This document shows, one piece after another, positions 13,264-28,119 of a stretch of 64,000 bases of DNA (position 1 is its first letter; every line of letters begins with the position of its first letter). This stretch comes from Eledone cirrhosa. Its lineage: Eukaryota. The stretch spans positions 347,200,001 to 347,264,000 of the forward strand of contig OZ024743.1 in NCBI GenBank assembly GCA_964016885.1, in the 5' to 3' direction. The position numbers and the translations under genes are program-made. Below the pieces are notes generated by a model. The model saw nothing but the letters and a program-made list of their open reading frames with translations. It did not search any database and was not told the origin of the DNA.

Positions 13264-13560
13264 CATTTTCGTATACATCTCGATTTAGTCTTGTGTGTTT
13301 GCTTGGACTCGCTTTAATTTGGTTCTGTCAGTTATCAATCAAATTTCAAGTTTAAGCCGAGGTCCATTGTTCTCTGTATGAGCCTCATTTTTTTTTCCAA
13401 GTGTAGCATTAGCAGCCCAAATGATTGCGTTTTTGAAATCCACCAATTTTCATCGAGTTCAACATCAGCTTTAAAATATGCAACTTTGTTATTAATTCGA
13501 TGCCGTATTTTCCAGCTGTCGCAATATCGAAAGGGCTTGTAGATGTTGACTTTTTGGGAA

Positions 13561-13610
<50 letters not shown>

Positions 13611-14117
13611 ACATACATAAAACATATTTCTAATTATGTATTTTTGTAGTTGTATGTGATGCAAGGGTTTATCTATGTGCGCGTGTGTGTCTGACCATAT
13701 ATGCGTAGGTATGTAGGTATACAAGCACAAACATATGTGGTTGAGTGTGCGTGTGTAGGTGTGTAGGTGTGTAGGTGTTTGCATATGTGGATATGTATCT
13801 GTATACAAGGTCAACTGTCAAAGTTGTCTATTAATACCCCCTATAAATATGTAACATGTCTTTAGTGTCGACATTTGGCACAGAAATATGAAGAGGACTG
13901 GCAAAAAGCAATATCACAGCTAATTCCTTTGACCTTTACAACTGTTTAATAAAGAGACTAGGGTGACGCTACATTATCTCTCCTTTCACTGACAACATAT
14001 ATATGGATGGATTCATATATATTCACATAAATGTATATACATATATACATACATACATATATTTATACATTGTTAGATATGCATATATATATATATATAT
14101 ATATGCATATCTAACAA

Positions 14118-14180
<63 letters not shown>

Positions 14181-14221
14181 ATATATATATATATATAAAC
14201 ACATATATATATATATATATG

Positions 14222-14319
<98 letters not shown>

Positions 14320-14327
14320 TATATATA

Positions 14328-14476
<149 letters not shown>

Positions 14477-14519
14477 TTATATATATATATATAGAAAGAG
14501 AAGAGACAGAGTGAGAGAG

Positions 14520-14634
14520 ATTGGGAGTCACCACTTAGACTGGTAAGCCCTCGATACTTGGGAAAGTAGAGTGCATATATAATGAAAAGTTAGGGCCCGA
14601 CGGCTGGGCTCATGCCGCTTCAACGAGTTATCCA

Positions 14635-14638
<4 letters not shown>
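14520..14638 (-). mobile_element. Short repeat, diverged member of the 'GGTAAGGAACCAGG...CGACGGCTGAGCTCAAGCCG' family
   Basis: TCGATACTTGGGAAAGTAGAGTG...GGGCCCGACGGCTGGGCTCATGCCGCTTCAACG is homologous to the 31458, 45905 and 51541 copies. Confidence 0.6.
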
Positions 14639-14672
<34 letters not shown>

Positions 14673-14807
14673 TCCTGGTAGCATAAATGCTACTTTCCAC
14701 CTTTTGAGGAAGCGATTTGTAGGAAATTGCCGAAATCGTAGAGATCTACAGTCACATCTGATGGAGCGTATCTCCCACTGTCCAAATTGTGTGTAGAATA
14801 TAATAAA

Positions 14808-14994
14808 AATAATTGTTTCTACTTTTGGAACAAGGCCAGCAATTACCCAGTGCATTACTGGTACTTTACTTTATCGACCCCGTAAGGATGAAAGACAAAG
14901 TTAACCTCGGCGGGATTTGAACGCAGAATGGCAAGTGGCGTAACTCTATGCGTCAAAGCATGGCGTCCGACCTTCTACCGACACTGCCAATTCA
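14808..14994 (-). mobile_element. tRNA-derived SINE
   Basis: Reverse complement of the SINE consensus over its full length. Confidence 0.9.
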
Positions 14995-15183
14995 ATAATA
15001 ATGCTACATACATACACAAATATACAATCATGTGTAGAACAACGAATTAAGTTCGTGAACTGAGATTTCCGTGTGTATATATATATGTGTGTGTATGTGT
15101 GTGTATATACACACACACAAACACAAACACACAGACACACGTACACACACACACACAGACAGACAGACACAGACAGACATACA

Positions 15184-15268
<85 letters not shown>

Positions 15269-15705
15269 CTTTAATTTATTTCTCAAACAAATTAATAGTC
15301 TCCACATTGATCGAAATAAAATTATTGTTTCTACAACTAACCCAAGGCCAGAAATTTGAAGGGAGGACTGTTCTTGATTTTAACGACCACTGTATTTGAA
15401 TGATACCTCATTTTCTTGACGTCGGTTGGCGGAATTTAAACTCAGGCTATAAACTGCAGGAACATATAGGGCAACTCATTTACACTGACGTTCTACGAGT
15501 ATTCCTATCCACTGCAATCAAGTATGATATAATATGATTTTGAATTTAGGCGCAAGACCAACGGTTATGAGGGAATGGAAAACTGATTTAAATGAACCCT
15601 ATATGTGCCTAGTATTTAATTTTCTGATCCTTAAATAATGAAAGGCAACGATCACCTCTGCTTAATATGAATTCAGAATGGAATGAACCGGTAAAAAGTA
15701 TCTTT

Positions 15706-15897
15706 AGTATTGATAGAGGGTCGGACGCCATGCTTTGCAGTATAGAGTTACATCCCTTTACGGTCTGAGTTCAAATCCCGCTGAGGTTAACTTTGCCTTT
15801 CATCGATAAAATAAAGTACCAGTAATGCAGTGGGTTAATTGCTGGCACAAGGCCAGCAATTATTCCAGTGCATTACTGGTACTTTATTTTATCGATG
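15706..15897 (+). mobile_element. tRNA-derived SINE with fold-back 3' end
   Basis: SINE head and core, then a ~46-bp inverted repeat at 15801-15897 with an ACAAG loop. Confidence 0.85.
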
Positions 15898-16411
15898 CTA
15901 AAAATGATGCAAAGAATTTATTTCGACGCTTTAATAAATTTTTCCAATGCCACACTTTCGTAAATCCAATGATTTAATAATTGAAGAGGTTTCTTAATAA
16001 TATCAACTCAGATGAATATCAACACATAAATGCACTAATACATCCTATTCGTTATAATACAAAACTATTTAAAAAATATATTGGTGATATTGGAGTTTTC
16101 TGTGTAGGCTATGTAGTTTAATGTAAGGGGTCTATATATAGAGATAGGTCATCGGGTTCTTACGTAACCTAGACACAGAAATGTACATAGTGTTAACAGT
16201 AATAAACAAACTAAAGAAATTCAACATATTTGGCCTCCTGTCATTTCACTTTATAATATATATATTTATATATATATATATGCAAAAGTTCTATTTAAAT
16301 TGTTGGGATACAACAAGTAAATATTTTTATAACTGATATAAAGCACTCGACAAGTATTTGGAGTAGATATACGATATTAATAAATGGAAACTATATTTAT
16401 AAAACCATATT

Positions 16412-16476
16412 TATTTCATTATACATATTTCAGGGATACCAAATTAAATTATGGTATGCCTTCATCAGACAAAATA
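16412..16476 (-). ncRNA. Minimal type-I hammerhead ribozyme
   Basis: Reverse complement of the 17113-17177 motif. Confidence 0.8.
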
Positions 16477-17112
16477 CAATATATAACAGTTTTACAAATA
16501 AGCTTTGCCGTACCCTTTTATAATGCGACCATTATTTTTGGAGGCCATCTGGATAGTGAATTGTTTATATTATTTTAATAAGTCTTAGTGTTAAGGACAA
16601 TTAGAAAAAGACGGAGAGAAAGAAAAAATATTATTTATTCATGTCCCATTCATGAATATTAATATTTATATTTTTATTACTCATTTCATATAAATTGTTA
16701 ACTCAACTTAATATGACATGACGTAAAGTTTTCATTATCTCCCCCTCTCTATATATATTATTTCTCTCTCTTGAGTCTTTCTATCTGTCTGATGATTTGA
16801 TATCTCTCTGTTGCTTTCCTCTGTTTTTCTTATTTCTTCCTTTTTCTTTTTTCTTTCTTTCCTCCTGTCTTTATTTATCTCTTCCTTTTTTCTCCACGCA
16901 TTTCTCTCTCTCCGATATTTCTCCACGTTTTTTTCTTTTTCTTTTTTCTCTCTCTCCGTCTTTTTTCTTTCTCTCCGTCTTTTTCTAATTGTCCTTAACA
17001 CTAAGACTTATTAAAATAATATAAACAATTCACTATCCAGATGGCCTCCAAAAATAATGGTCGCATTTTAAAAGGGTACGTGAAAGCTTATTTGTAAAAC
17101 TGTTATATATTG

Positions 17113-17177
17113 TATTTTGTCTGATGAAGGCATACCATAATTTAATTTGGTATCCCTGAAATATGTATAATGAAATA
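17113..17177 (+). ncRNA. Minimal type-I hammerhead ribozyme
   Basis: TATTTTGT CTGATGA AGGCATACCA..TGGTATCCCT GAAA TA TG TA T A ATGAAATA. 8-bp stem I (2 GU pairs), near-palindromic stem III, AUA triplet. Confidence 0.8.
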
Positions 17178-17216
17178 AATATGGTTTTACAAATATAGTT
17201 TCCATTTATTAATATC

Positions 17217-17294
<78 letters not shown>

Positions 17295-17545
17295 GCGTGT
17301 GTGTGTGTGTTTTTGTGATTGCGTGTGTGAATGAGTGTGTGTGTGTATGTGTTTGTGCGTGTGTATGTGTGTGTGTTTGTATGTGTGTATGTGCATATGT
17401 GGGCTTGTAATTGTGAGTGATTATATGCAAATATTTTTATATTTATGCAAACTAAGCTATATATTTGGGAGGTGGCACTTATACTTGTAGTTTTTCGGAT
17501 GTGAGTTATCTGAATAGCTTCCAGTAAATGGTTAACACCCATATG

Positions 17546-17647
<102 letters not shown>

Positions 17648-17655
17648 AATATATG

Positions 17656-17730
<75 letters not shown>

Positions 17731-18959
17731 GTGTGTGTGTGTGTGTTGGTAGTTGTAAGGAAACTGACTATCTATTTAAGTCTTTGTCTTCGCGAGGGAA
17801 AAGTTAGGTAAGTACGATCGTTTAAAACTGCAGGAATTGAGTGCTGATTGTGTAACATTAGGACGTATCAAATTACTCGAAATATGCCGTACCATATTCC
17901 TTCGTACTGAACTTTGGCCTCAGCACTGTGGTGCTGCGCTATGAGACTAGTAGAGATACGGTCTTGTTAAACTGCTCGTGGCCTTGTTCGGTCCATACCT
18001 TCATGTAGATAAGAACTGTAACAATGTTTAGAGTGGGGTGGCTTTTCGCTTAAATAAATAAAAGGAAGCCAGTTATGAAAGTTTGAGCTGAGTTTTAGAA
18101 CACATATATTTGTTCAATTTATATGTTGCCGCCTGATCATCGTATCTTGCTCCAGGATAAATTTCTCCAGATTGGGGTATCACGTAATGTGTTAAATGTG
18201 GGAGCATTTCATATGTCAGGAGAGTTTTTTCCGCGAACATCGACTAAGTAGAACAACTATTATATTTTGCCATCTGGAAAATGTCTTTGTTGGTAAGATG
18301 ATCTGGTCGCAGTTTGCCATGACACATTTTCCCAAGGCTGGGTCTTACATCACACGAAGACCCAGATTAGGTATCAGGCTCCGGCAATCTTATCAGATTC
18401 TTACACTTCTCTATTTATCGGATCATGTAGCGGGTCGTTATGTCAACTATTGAATTTGACGTTATTATTGGGAAGCAGCGACAACAATCTCATGGAGAAT
18501 TTTAATATCGAATAAGTTCAATTGAAATAGCTTTCCAGAGAAACATTAACCTAGAAACTATAGAAAACATCTAGAATTATGCTACGGGGAGACATTAACT
18601 CTGCAATTATGGAAGTACCTTAGTCGGTCCTGTACAAGATAAGCACAGAATAATGCAACCAGACTACATTCATTCAATGGCCCAAAATATTTCATCTGTG
18701 AAGCTTTGTCGAACAGGCAATGGCATTTGAATACGAAGGAGACTGGCGGATAAATCATCCAGCATGAAGATCGCTCTTGTTTGGCCAGATAGGACATGCA
18801 GCTTTTTCTCTATGGTGTTTATAGCAACAAACGTTGTGTGGTGGTCATGGCTAAAAAAACAGAAGAATGCGTTCTCTTGAACAAGTACCGCATCGACATT
18901 TTAAGGTTAATTAGTTGAATGTTTTACATAGTGGAATCCTTCATTATTATCATCATCAA

Positions 18960-19143
18960 GGTGGATTGGTTGTATCGGTAGAGGGTCGCACACCATGCTT
19001 TGACGCATAGAATTACGGCCCTTGCCATTCTGAGTTCAAATCCCGCCGAGGTTAACTTTCCCTTTCACCCTTACGGGGCCGATAAAATAAAGTACCAGTA
19101 ATACACTGGGGTAATAGCTGGCCTTGTGCCAAAAGTAGAAACA
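18960..19143 (+). mobile_element. tRNA-derived SINE with TSD ATTATTATCATCATCA
   Basis: Matches the SINE consensus, with a flanking direct repeat. Confidence 0.9.
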
Positions 19144-19329
19144 ATTATTATCATCATCATCATAATCATTATCTTATCTTCATTTTCACCTTCATCTTCA
19201 TCTTGAAACATGACCATTAATCGTATTTTTTAATTGCGTGTTGCACTGCATTACTGTTCACAGATATGATTGCGTTGAGTATCTGGTGTGTTATATATTT
19301 GGTGTTTTTTCTATTGTATTGCAACATGT

Positions 19330-19612
19330 GCGTAATGATCCGAAGTACTATTTTCTGCAAGTTGCTTATACTTGTAAGTCCTGAGATCTAGGTTTTGTAT
19401 GTGTCTCTATGTATTTTATCATCCTCAGAGCATCAATTATAATAGAGATTGTTTCTGTTTCCATCATCCACATCCTGGTTATTTTTCTTCCGAGATCTTT
19501 GTTTGGATAATTCTCAATTTCCTTGATATGTATATTGCTACCCGAGAAGTCTGGTAAAAGTGCATTTCTTTTCTTAGTGGATTTTCGGTGTAATGTCATA
19601 TCGATTAGCCTC

Positions 19613-19615
<3 letters not shown>
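19330..19615 (-). mobile_element. Old R4/Dong-like LINE 3' (RLE) remnant
   Basis: LIDM...NIHIKEIE..NKDLGRKITRMWMMETETISIIIDALRMI resembles the RLE tail KExEK..KY.DL..EI.RMW..K...IPIIIGALG. Confidence 0.6.
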
Positions 19616-19690
<75 letters not shown>

Positions 19691-20277
19691 TCCCTCTCTC
19701 TCTCTCCCTTCTCTCTCTTTCCCCCTCTCTCTTTCGCTCTGCGTATAGGCCATTTCAAGATTATAGTTTCATTCTTTATTGTCTGACATATTTACTTTTG
19801 AATGACTTTTCTGTTGTGGTTAATTGATTCTTCTCTACCTCCACATATTCTGCAATTAATGTGTCTTCTTCGTTATATAGTTTCGCGGTTTGTAGTGGGG
19901 TTGCTTTGATCTTCTGATGCAATTGGGAAACCTTCAGTTTCTGGTTTAAGACTGCGATTCTTAGTCAATACTTTGAATAACCCTTGCGTATTTTTTCCTA
20001 TTTTGGGTATTGGTAATATAGGGATTTTATGACATCGTATTGACAGGCCAGTTCGGAGACCTAATTTTTAGTTTAGAATGTTAAGCTTTACTCAACTTCT
20101 ACTAGGTATACCTGCTTTTTTGCCCATTTTGTTCATTACTAGCTGTCATCTAATCTTCTGTTTGTATATGAAGTCTTACTTGGAGGCAGAACACATTTTG
20201 TTATTGTTCATCTCCATTATTCTGCGTTGTGTATATTTCTAGTCCTACTATAATACCTTTCCAGTTGCATATGAGCT

Positions 20278-20323
<46 letters not shown>

Positions 20324-20612
20324 GGCTGCTGCTGCTGCTGCTGCTATTATTATTATCATTATTGTTATTGCTATTGTTAGTATTATTATTATTATTGTTA
20401 TTTATGGACGCACATGTGTGAAGACAGTACAAGTCTGCGGGGGAAAAGGTTTGTAACTTTAAGCTGTTTTAAAGTATCATTTTTTTGTATTTTCTTGTCG
20501 TTAACGAAACATAAGGTACACATCTTGGTTTCAAGGGAAAGATACCTCTCAATATTCAGATTTATTTTTAAAAACTTCGAAAAAAATCGCTTCACCACCA
20601 AAAAGAAAAAAA

Positions 20613-22574
20613 ATGGAAATTTTCGACCTTGAAACGGTAAACAACGTTCAGGTCAAACGTTTAAAATCAGCCACTGTAGATTTCACCACAACTACGACGG
20701 CTACAGTCATGCCTGTCGTCCATTCTACTGATGTGAAGGCAAAACTCAAAAGCTACCATCACAACCTTCTGTGTTAGCAGCAGTATCATCTGAAAACGAC
20801 ATCACCACCACCACCGCCACCACCGCCACCGCCACCACCACAACAACAACAACTGAGAGCAACAACGACAATAACACCGACAGCTTCAATGTAAACACGG
20901 ATGGCGGTGGCAACAGCAACAACAAACAAAACAACAACAACAACACAAATAACAACAGCAAGAAAGACAACACCAACAACAAGAGCATCAGAACCACCAC
21001 ATTTGCTGCAGCAGCAGCAAAAACAAAGTGCTTATTGAATATTGATATTAGCGATAAAGACGAACAGTTGGCCCAGGCGTGGAGGCTAATTAAACGGGAA
21101 AAGTCCTGGGCAAACCTAACCATCCCAGACGGGGCAATAGCGACCATTCAAAGGAGGACGGTGTACTTTCGATGCATTTCGGTGCAGACACTAAAAGTGG
21201 AACTTGCCAGCCAAGCAGAGGTCGAGGCTTCTTTGGAGTGCATCGGAAGTGACATAGAGTATAAAGCAAGAGCCAAACTGTTCGGTACCATCTCGGTACT
21301 ATTCAAAACCGACGCCCTTGCTATTAAGCACTCGGTGACCCCCGGCAAAACGGAACGCATTATCATGCACCCGTCCTACAATGGTAAAAGGACAGTAAAG
21401 GTCCGCATTCCCAGCATCAACCAGGAATGAACATACGGTGGCTGCTGGGATGCGTAATCGAGGAGGGGACAGACACTACCCTCCTGGATATCAAAAGGAC
21501 AGAGAGAGAAAACTGGTCCGGAATGAATTTTGAGATTCTTCTCCAAATGAAACCGGAGGACATGAACAAAATCCCGGATTTTTCCCGCCCGCAGGACGGG
21601 ACAACAATCCAACTAATCACTGAGGGAAGAAGGACACACTGCTTCGTCTGCGGGGAAACAACGCATCTGCAACCTTCTGCCCTCAGCGCAAAAATGCAGG
21701 AGGTGGCAAACGCCAGTGTCAGCACGGAATGCTGCACCACCACCAACAGAAATTACACCAACAAAGACACGGACACCAACATCAAAAACAGCCGGACCAC
21801 CACCAACACCGAAACCAATCCAAGGGGAGTACGAGGAAATCTCTCCCACTCCACTACCTCCCCCCCAATTATGCACATAGACAAAACAATAAACGCCCAC
21901 ACAGACACAGAGACACTCACAGCCACAGACCCTTTGTCTTCCAGCAGCGAAGATGAAGGAAAACCCAAAAGTGCAAAAAAAAACCCACAGAAAACTCACA
22001 AAAAAAGCCTCAACAAAACACAAAAACATGCACAACAAAAAATACAGACACCACTAACGCAAACGCTTCTCCAATAACATCAGCACCAACAGCAACATCG
22101 ACACTACCACCACAATCCCCGAAACGCAAAGAACCTAAACAAAAACAAGTACAAATAAACACACAAATACTTGAAATTGCAGACACCACAACAACAACAA
22201 ACACAGACATACCCGAAACAACACCACCAAAACCAGCACCACCATAGTCACCAAAACGAAAACAAATAAAACCAAACCAACAAAATGTTAAAAACTTCGT
22301 ACTTGTCAGAAGGGCCAACGATAAACTGATGGCCCTCTTAGCACGAAGCGAGGGGGAGATTTTTGAAATGAGCACATTTTGCGTGCCAGAAGATTTGCTT
22401 CTGGTCCGAATGTCACTCGATTCCTTCAAAGAAATTCGAGAGAGCTTTCCTGAAGACGTGGGAACCCCGAATGTGAAACCCACATCGAGACTTTTAAAGG
22501 GGTTCCTCAAAAAAAACCCACCAACCATGGAGGTCGAACCACCCGACCTTCACAAGACTCCGGGAGGTAAGTAA
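20613..22574 (+). pseudogene. Tx1-like ORF1 (disrupted)
   Basis: Thr/Asn-rich N-terminus, KRTVKVRI motif, knuckle-like HCFVCGETTH and Thr/Pro/Lys-rich tail. Lies directly upstream of the APE ORF; frameshifted. Confidence 0.7.
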
Positions 22575-22603
22575 ACCTTCCCTCTCTCTTTTAGCTTGCC
22601 AAC

Positions 22604-25600
22604 ATGGCCATATTAAGAGTAGGAAGTTTAAATGTTCGCGGCCTGGGGGTCACCCTGGAAGCAGGGTCGACTGCTCAACGACCTCAGGTCGCTGGAAATG
22701 GATGTGATTGCCGTCAGCGAGACCAGAATTTCCGACACGCGCGCACTAGCCCCCATTTTCGACGACTATCAGATCTTCGCATCTGTTAGGAGGCCGGGAA
22801 TGGGAGGTGGGTTGGCAGTGCTGTTTAGGAAACGACTGGATCTCGAGGTAAGGTCGATCTTCCGGGAACAGGACGGTAAGTTGGTGGTCTTGGATACGAG
22901 CAGTAGCGAAGGTGGTTCCTCTAGACAGCTGGCCGTCTACGCCCCTACAGGGGGCGGACGACTGGACTTCTTTAGGCGCCTGGAGACCTTTCTGGGTACG
23001 TCTCGCCCTTTACTGTAAGCGGGGGACTAGAATGGCATCTTAGACGCACGTTGGGATTGTGTGGGAGAAGCCGATAGGAGCGTGGGGTGCAAAAGCCTCA
23101 AGCACCTACTCAGCCAGTTCCAACTGTCTGAGAGGTATCGACTAGATTTCCACAATGTGCCAGTATGGACATGGACCAACCGAATGGGGTCATCTAGATC
23201 GTATATAGACAGGATTTTCATTAAGAAAATAGATAGAAATAGAGTAGGCTGCCCACTTTTTAAAATGGTCGGCTATTCAGATCACAAATTTGTGATCTGT
23301 ACGGTCAACCTGGAAGAAACGCGTAGTCTAAGACCGGTTACTGGAAGCTGAACATGTCCTTTCCGGCACGTAAGGCTTACAGGGACTGAGTCAAAAATTT
23401 AGTTAAGCAAAAGTTGACAGGGGGGGGGGGGGATCATCAACAACCGATGGTAGGGGGGTTCTCAAAAGAGAGATTAGAGTAACTTCGATAGAGTTCAGCA
23501 AAGAACTAGCATTAGAGAAAAATAGAAAGGAGGGGAGCTGGTAGATAAGTTAGACGAGGCTATTTGTAGAGGCATTGCAACCGACGTGCTAGCGGTGAGA
23601 ATGGTATTGGACCATTTCTTCAATTCGAAACACGAAGTTTGCATTGTCAGAGCTAAGGCGCTCGCGCTGAGAAACGAAGGAACCAAAGCTGTTTGATGGG
23701 CCCGCGTGGCGGAGGCGCAGCGTGGTAATAAAACCACAATTCGGTCTTTGGCGGATCGAGACGGACACGATATAAGCGATTCCAAGCGGATGTGAGGCTT
23801 TCCGCCAGCACTTTGCTCGGTTGTTCGGGGAGAGTGGCGAGTCAGAGAGAGTAGCGGATTTCAGTCCCTACCTTGACGGCTTGCCGCGCATCTCGACAGT
23901 CGAGGCTGAGCGCTGCGAAAGGCCGATTACTTCAGCCGAAATTCGGGACGGCCTTGTCGGCTGCATGAGGCGCAAGTCACCCAATTTGGATGGCCTGCCC
24001 TACGAGCTTTATGTAAATATGCCAGACTTGTTCTCCGATCTTCTCGAAGCACTCTACTGCAACTGGCAGCAGAATGGGAGTATTCCCAGTTCTGTGAGCA
24101 GGGGAGTGGTGACGCTGATAAGGAAAGACGAGAACAAGAGGGATACATTAGACAACTTCAGGCCCATGACTCTGCTCAACACAGAGTTTAAGATTTTGGC
24201 CAAGGTGTTAGCAAAGAGATTGGCGTTTGTCGTCGAAGATTTGGTTGGGGAGGCGCAAAATTGCGCAATCCCAGCCAGGTCCATACACGACAATCTCCAC
24301 CTCATGCGATACATCATAGAGAGGGTAGGGTGTAAACTTGGCTTCGGTGGGGCACTGATCAATTTAGATCAATCGAAAGCATTCGATAGGGTCGACCATC
24401 GGTATCTGGAGTTTGTCCTCAAAGCAGCTGGCTTCGGCCTTGGCTTCAGAAGCTTGATCGCTGCAATGCACAGCGGCACACGCTCGGTGGTCAAGGTTAA
24501 TGGCCACCTCTCGGAACCATTTCGGCTCTCCCAATCGGTCCGTCAAGGGTGCCCTCTCTCTTCCCTTCTGCGGAAGCTGGAGCTGTTGCAGGGCATCCCG
24601 ATCGAACCGGGTCGTGGAAAGGCGGTGTCGGCTTATGCGGACTACATCACCGTGATGGTGTCGAACACCTCAGAAATCGAGGTGGTTGGTGCCTTACTTA
24701 AGGAATATGAAAGGTTGACAGTAGCCAAACTTAACCCGGAAAAGTCGGTGGGCTTACAGCTCGGAACCTGGAGAGGCAAGCCCATGCCGTCCAACAAAGT
24801 CGTTAGGCGCTGGACAGACGGACCGTTAAAGTTGCTCGCGGTTTGGTTCGGACCAGACCTCCAGGTGGAAAAGAATTGGGACGAGGTAACGAGCAGATTA
24901 GCCAGTCTCACCCAAAAATGGGCTGGGAGGAAGCTATCACTGAAAGGTCGCGCGTAGGTGGTGAATGCGTACATCGCGTCCGTCATCTAGTACCGCCTGA
25001 CCGTCGTGCCTTGCCCCCGTCCGCGCCTCGTCAAGTAGGAACGGCTCCTCTTCAAATTCTGGTGGAGGGCACAAGTTCCGTTGGTGAGGCGGTCCATCTG
25101 CTGCCAGCACCCTCTACGCGGAGGGCTGGGCGCGCCATGGCTAATGATGCGCAGATATGCGTTGAGGCTGCGACATCTCCAGATATTCTGCCTAAACGGT
25201 GAACAGGTGTGGTCGCCGTTTATCAGACGGGCCTTTCCGCAGCTCATTTCTTTAACTCAACTGCAATCCTGGGTCAAGAAGAGACCGAGACTGGGTGACT
25301 GGCACCTGGAATGTTGCCAGGCACTCACTTCCCTCTAACAAGCGGACAATACGACGAGTGGAACTTCCATTCTAGAGTTCTATAGAGGATTAGTGGTGGG
25401 CAAGTGCGATGACACACACGGAGAAGATTTGGGCCTCGACTAAGTCGAACTGACCAGTCTGTACCGGAGGACTTTCGAACCGGGGACGATGGACAATTTC
25501 CAGAAATCCCTCGCTTGGCACTGCCGGTTCGGGATAAACTCTACAGGCACGGAAGTGCTGTCAGACGAACCTGCCCCAGATGCGCACACAAAGATGAAAC

Positions 25601-25973
25601 CGCTCTGCACGCACTTGTCCAATGTCCGTGCATTACTGACTTGTGGAGATATGTCGAACAGCTACTGTCGCGTGTGGAACGAAACCGGCTATCGGCCGAG
25701 TCCATAGTGAAGATCGACCCACCGCCTTGCTTATGTCAGGAAGGGCAGGCAATGTTCCTCTGTCTGGTGGCAGTTGCGAAAGAGGTTATATGGTGGACCA
25801 TGTTAAAAGGACTGAAGACAGACACTTTTCTCTTCGGCCAATCCCTCAACAACTTCTGCAAGTTTCACCTGGAAAGGAAGGTGAGGGTGGAGAGAGAAGT
25901 GCTGCCCCCCAGTACATTTGCTAAAAGGTGGGTGAATGTGGCGAGAATGGCCCGTGTGAATGGGCTTATCTGA
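22604..25973 (+). pseudogene. Tx1-like ORF2: APE endonuclease + RT + C-terminal zinc finger (many stops/frameshifts)
   Basis: GSLNVRGL, AVSETR, VYAP, WTWTN..SYIDRIF, SDHK, KSPNLDGLPYE, FRPMTLLNTEFKILAK, DQSKAFDRVDH, VRQGCPLS, AYADY, CPRC..DETALHALVQCP. Confidence 0.92.
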
Positions 25974-26583
25974 CCATGCGCCTAGAGGCTAGCTAACTTG
26001 AAGAGAGGGGTGCTCTCCCTGGGTGCCCTAGAAGCGCAGGGTGGTTCAGGATTGGTGGGGTACCCGAGTCACCCCAGGGTCGTCCACCCTCTATTGGGGT
26101 ATTTATTTTGTTACATTTATGAATAGTTTATTTTATATTTTTATATCTTGATTGTCAAATTAGACTTGCCATTGTGCACTTTTACTCGACCTTATTGTAA
26201 ACCCCCACTGTCCCTGTCTTTGTATAGTGTCCTACATGTCGGCCCTTGTGGCTAATAAATGAAATCATTATTATTGTTACTATTGTTAGTATTATTATCA
26301 TTCATATGATGCATATACACAAATAAATCCAAACAAACAGAGGCTGACACAAAAAACATATTGAACCGCATGATGTCCCCTTCCACCCCGTAAAAAAAAA
26401 TGTCGGTAATTTCGTCTGGATTCGGTAAAAATTTATACATTTGAAGCCGATGTGACCGTCTTTCTATCCCTCCATGAGGCCATTTCTGCCTGGTTCCTAC
26501 TCAATGACATATTACTTTTCATCTTCTCTGCACATGATTTTGATATTTTTTTACTTGTTTTACTTATTATTAAGTAGACTCTC

Positions 26584-27205
<622 letters not shown>

Positions 27206-27563
27206 ATACGTAAGTCAACTGCGAATATAGAAGCGAAAAATAGACTCGGTACAAATAGAGAGATGTTTTATCTGTTTCTGTATATATATTGGAAAAATAT
27301 TGAACCATACAAAAAACCTATGAAGCCAGATATGACGTTATTTTTTAACAAAAATTGCTAAGTGGTACATGGTTGATCTCAGCATCGAATACAGAGAGGA
27401 AGCCATCCTAATAACAAGACCCTGACTGCGAGGCTTTTTATCTTGCAAATAACAGTCAATTAATATCAATCTAAATGTTTGTGTGTATCTCTGTAGAAAC
27501 AATGCAAATAACCTCAACATCTCTTCGCAGTATGCATGTTTACATCCATCCACACATATACAC

Positions 27564-27601
<38 letters not shown>

Positions 27602-28119
27602 CTTTTTTATGGAAACCTTTTATAATTATCATATATACACACAAGCACCTAAATTCACGAACCAAAATACTCTCACTCAATACACACACTCTCTCTCTCC
27701 CCCTCTCCCCCTCTCTCTCTCTCTCTCTCATTTATATACGTGTGTGTGCCGTGTGTGCTTGTGTATATATGAACATGTGGATTATGTGTAAGTATATAAA
27801 TATATCTATCGATCTATATCTATATCTATATCTCTATATATATATATATAGATGTGTGTGTGTGTGTGTGTATATATGTATATATATGCATGCTTACCAC
27901 ACACACGCATATATATATATATATTGTGCTAATTACAACCTATAATATCTTCCATGACGTGGGCTATTGTGTATACGGAACAGCGTCGTAAACAAATCTT
28001 TTTATCAATTTGCTAATTGAAAAAATAATGTGTGTTTATAGATCCGGTGTGTATATACGAAATAAAGCTTCTTTGAAATATATCCTTACTGAGACATATA
28101 TAATAAATAATAATTTAGT

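Larger units (their letters stand above)
16282..17220. mobile_element. Fold-back (inverted-arm) HHR-bearing PLE-like element
   Basis: Arms ~16368-16629 and ~16960-17220 are near-identical reverse complements with one HHR per arm. Unpaired ~85-nt tail on the left; (TA)n on both sides. Confidence 0.8.
20401..26265 (+). mobile_element. Near full-length, inactivated Tx1-clade (L1 group) non-LTR retrotransposon
   Basis: ORF1 + ORF2 layout. 3' end CCCTTGTGGCTAATAAATGAAAT. Candidate TSD CTATTGTTAGTATTATTAT at ~20371 and ~26280 inside (ATT)n-like tracts. Confidence 0.9.

Noticed and set aside
16789-16800. CTGATGA in the spacer of the 16-17 kb element (also 11541, 22450, 25813 CTGANGA hits)
   Set aside because: No stem II/GAAA downstream.
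17800-18900. Possible very old LINE remnant (also 19740-20220, 43080-43900)
   Set aside because: Only vague RT/RLE-like similarity by eye; needs a profile search.
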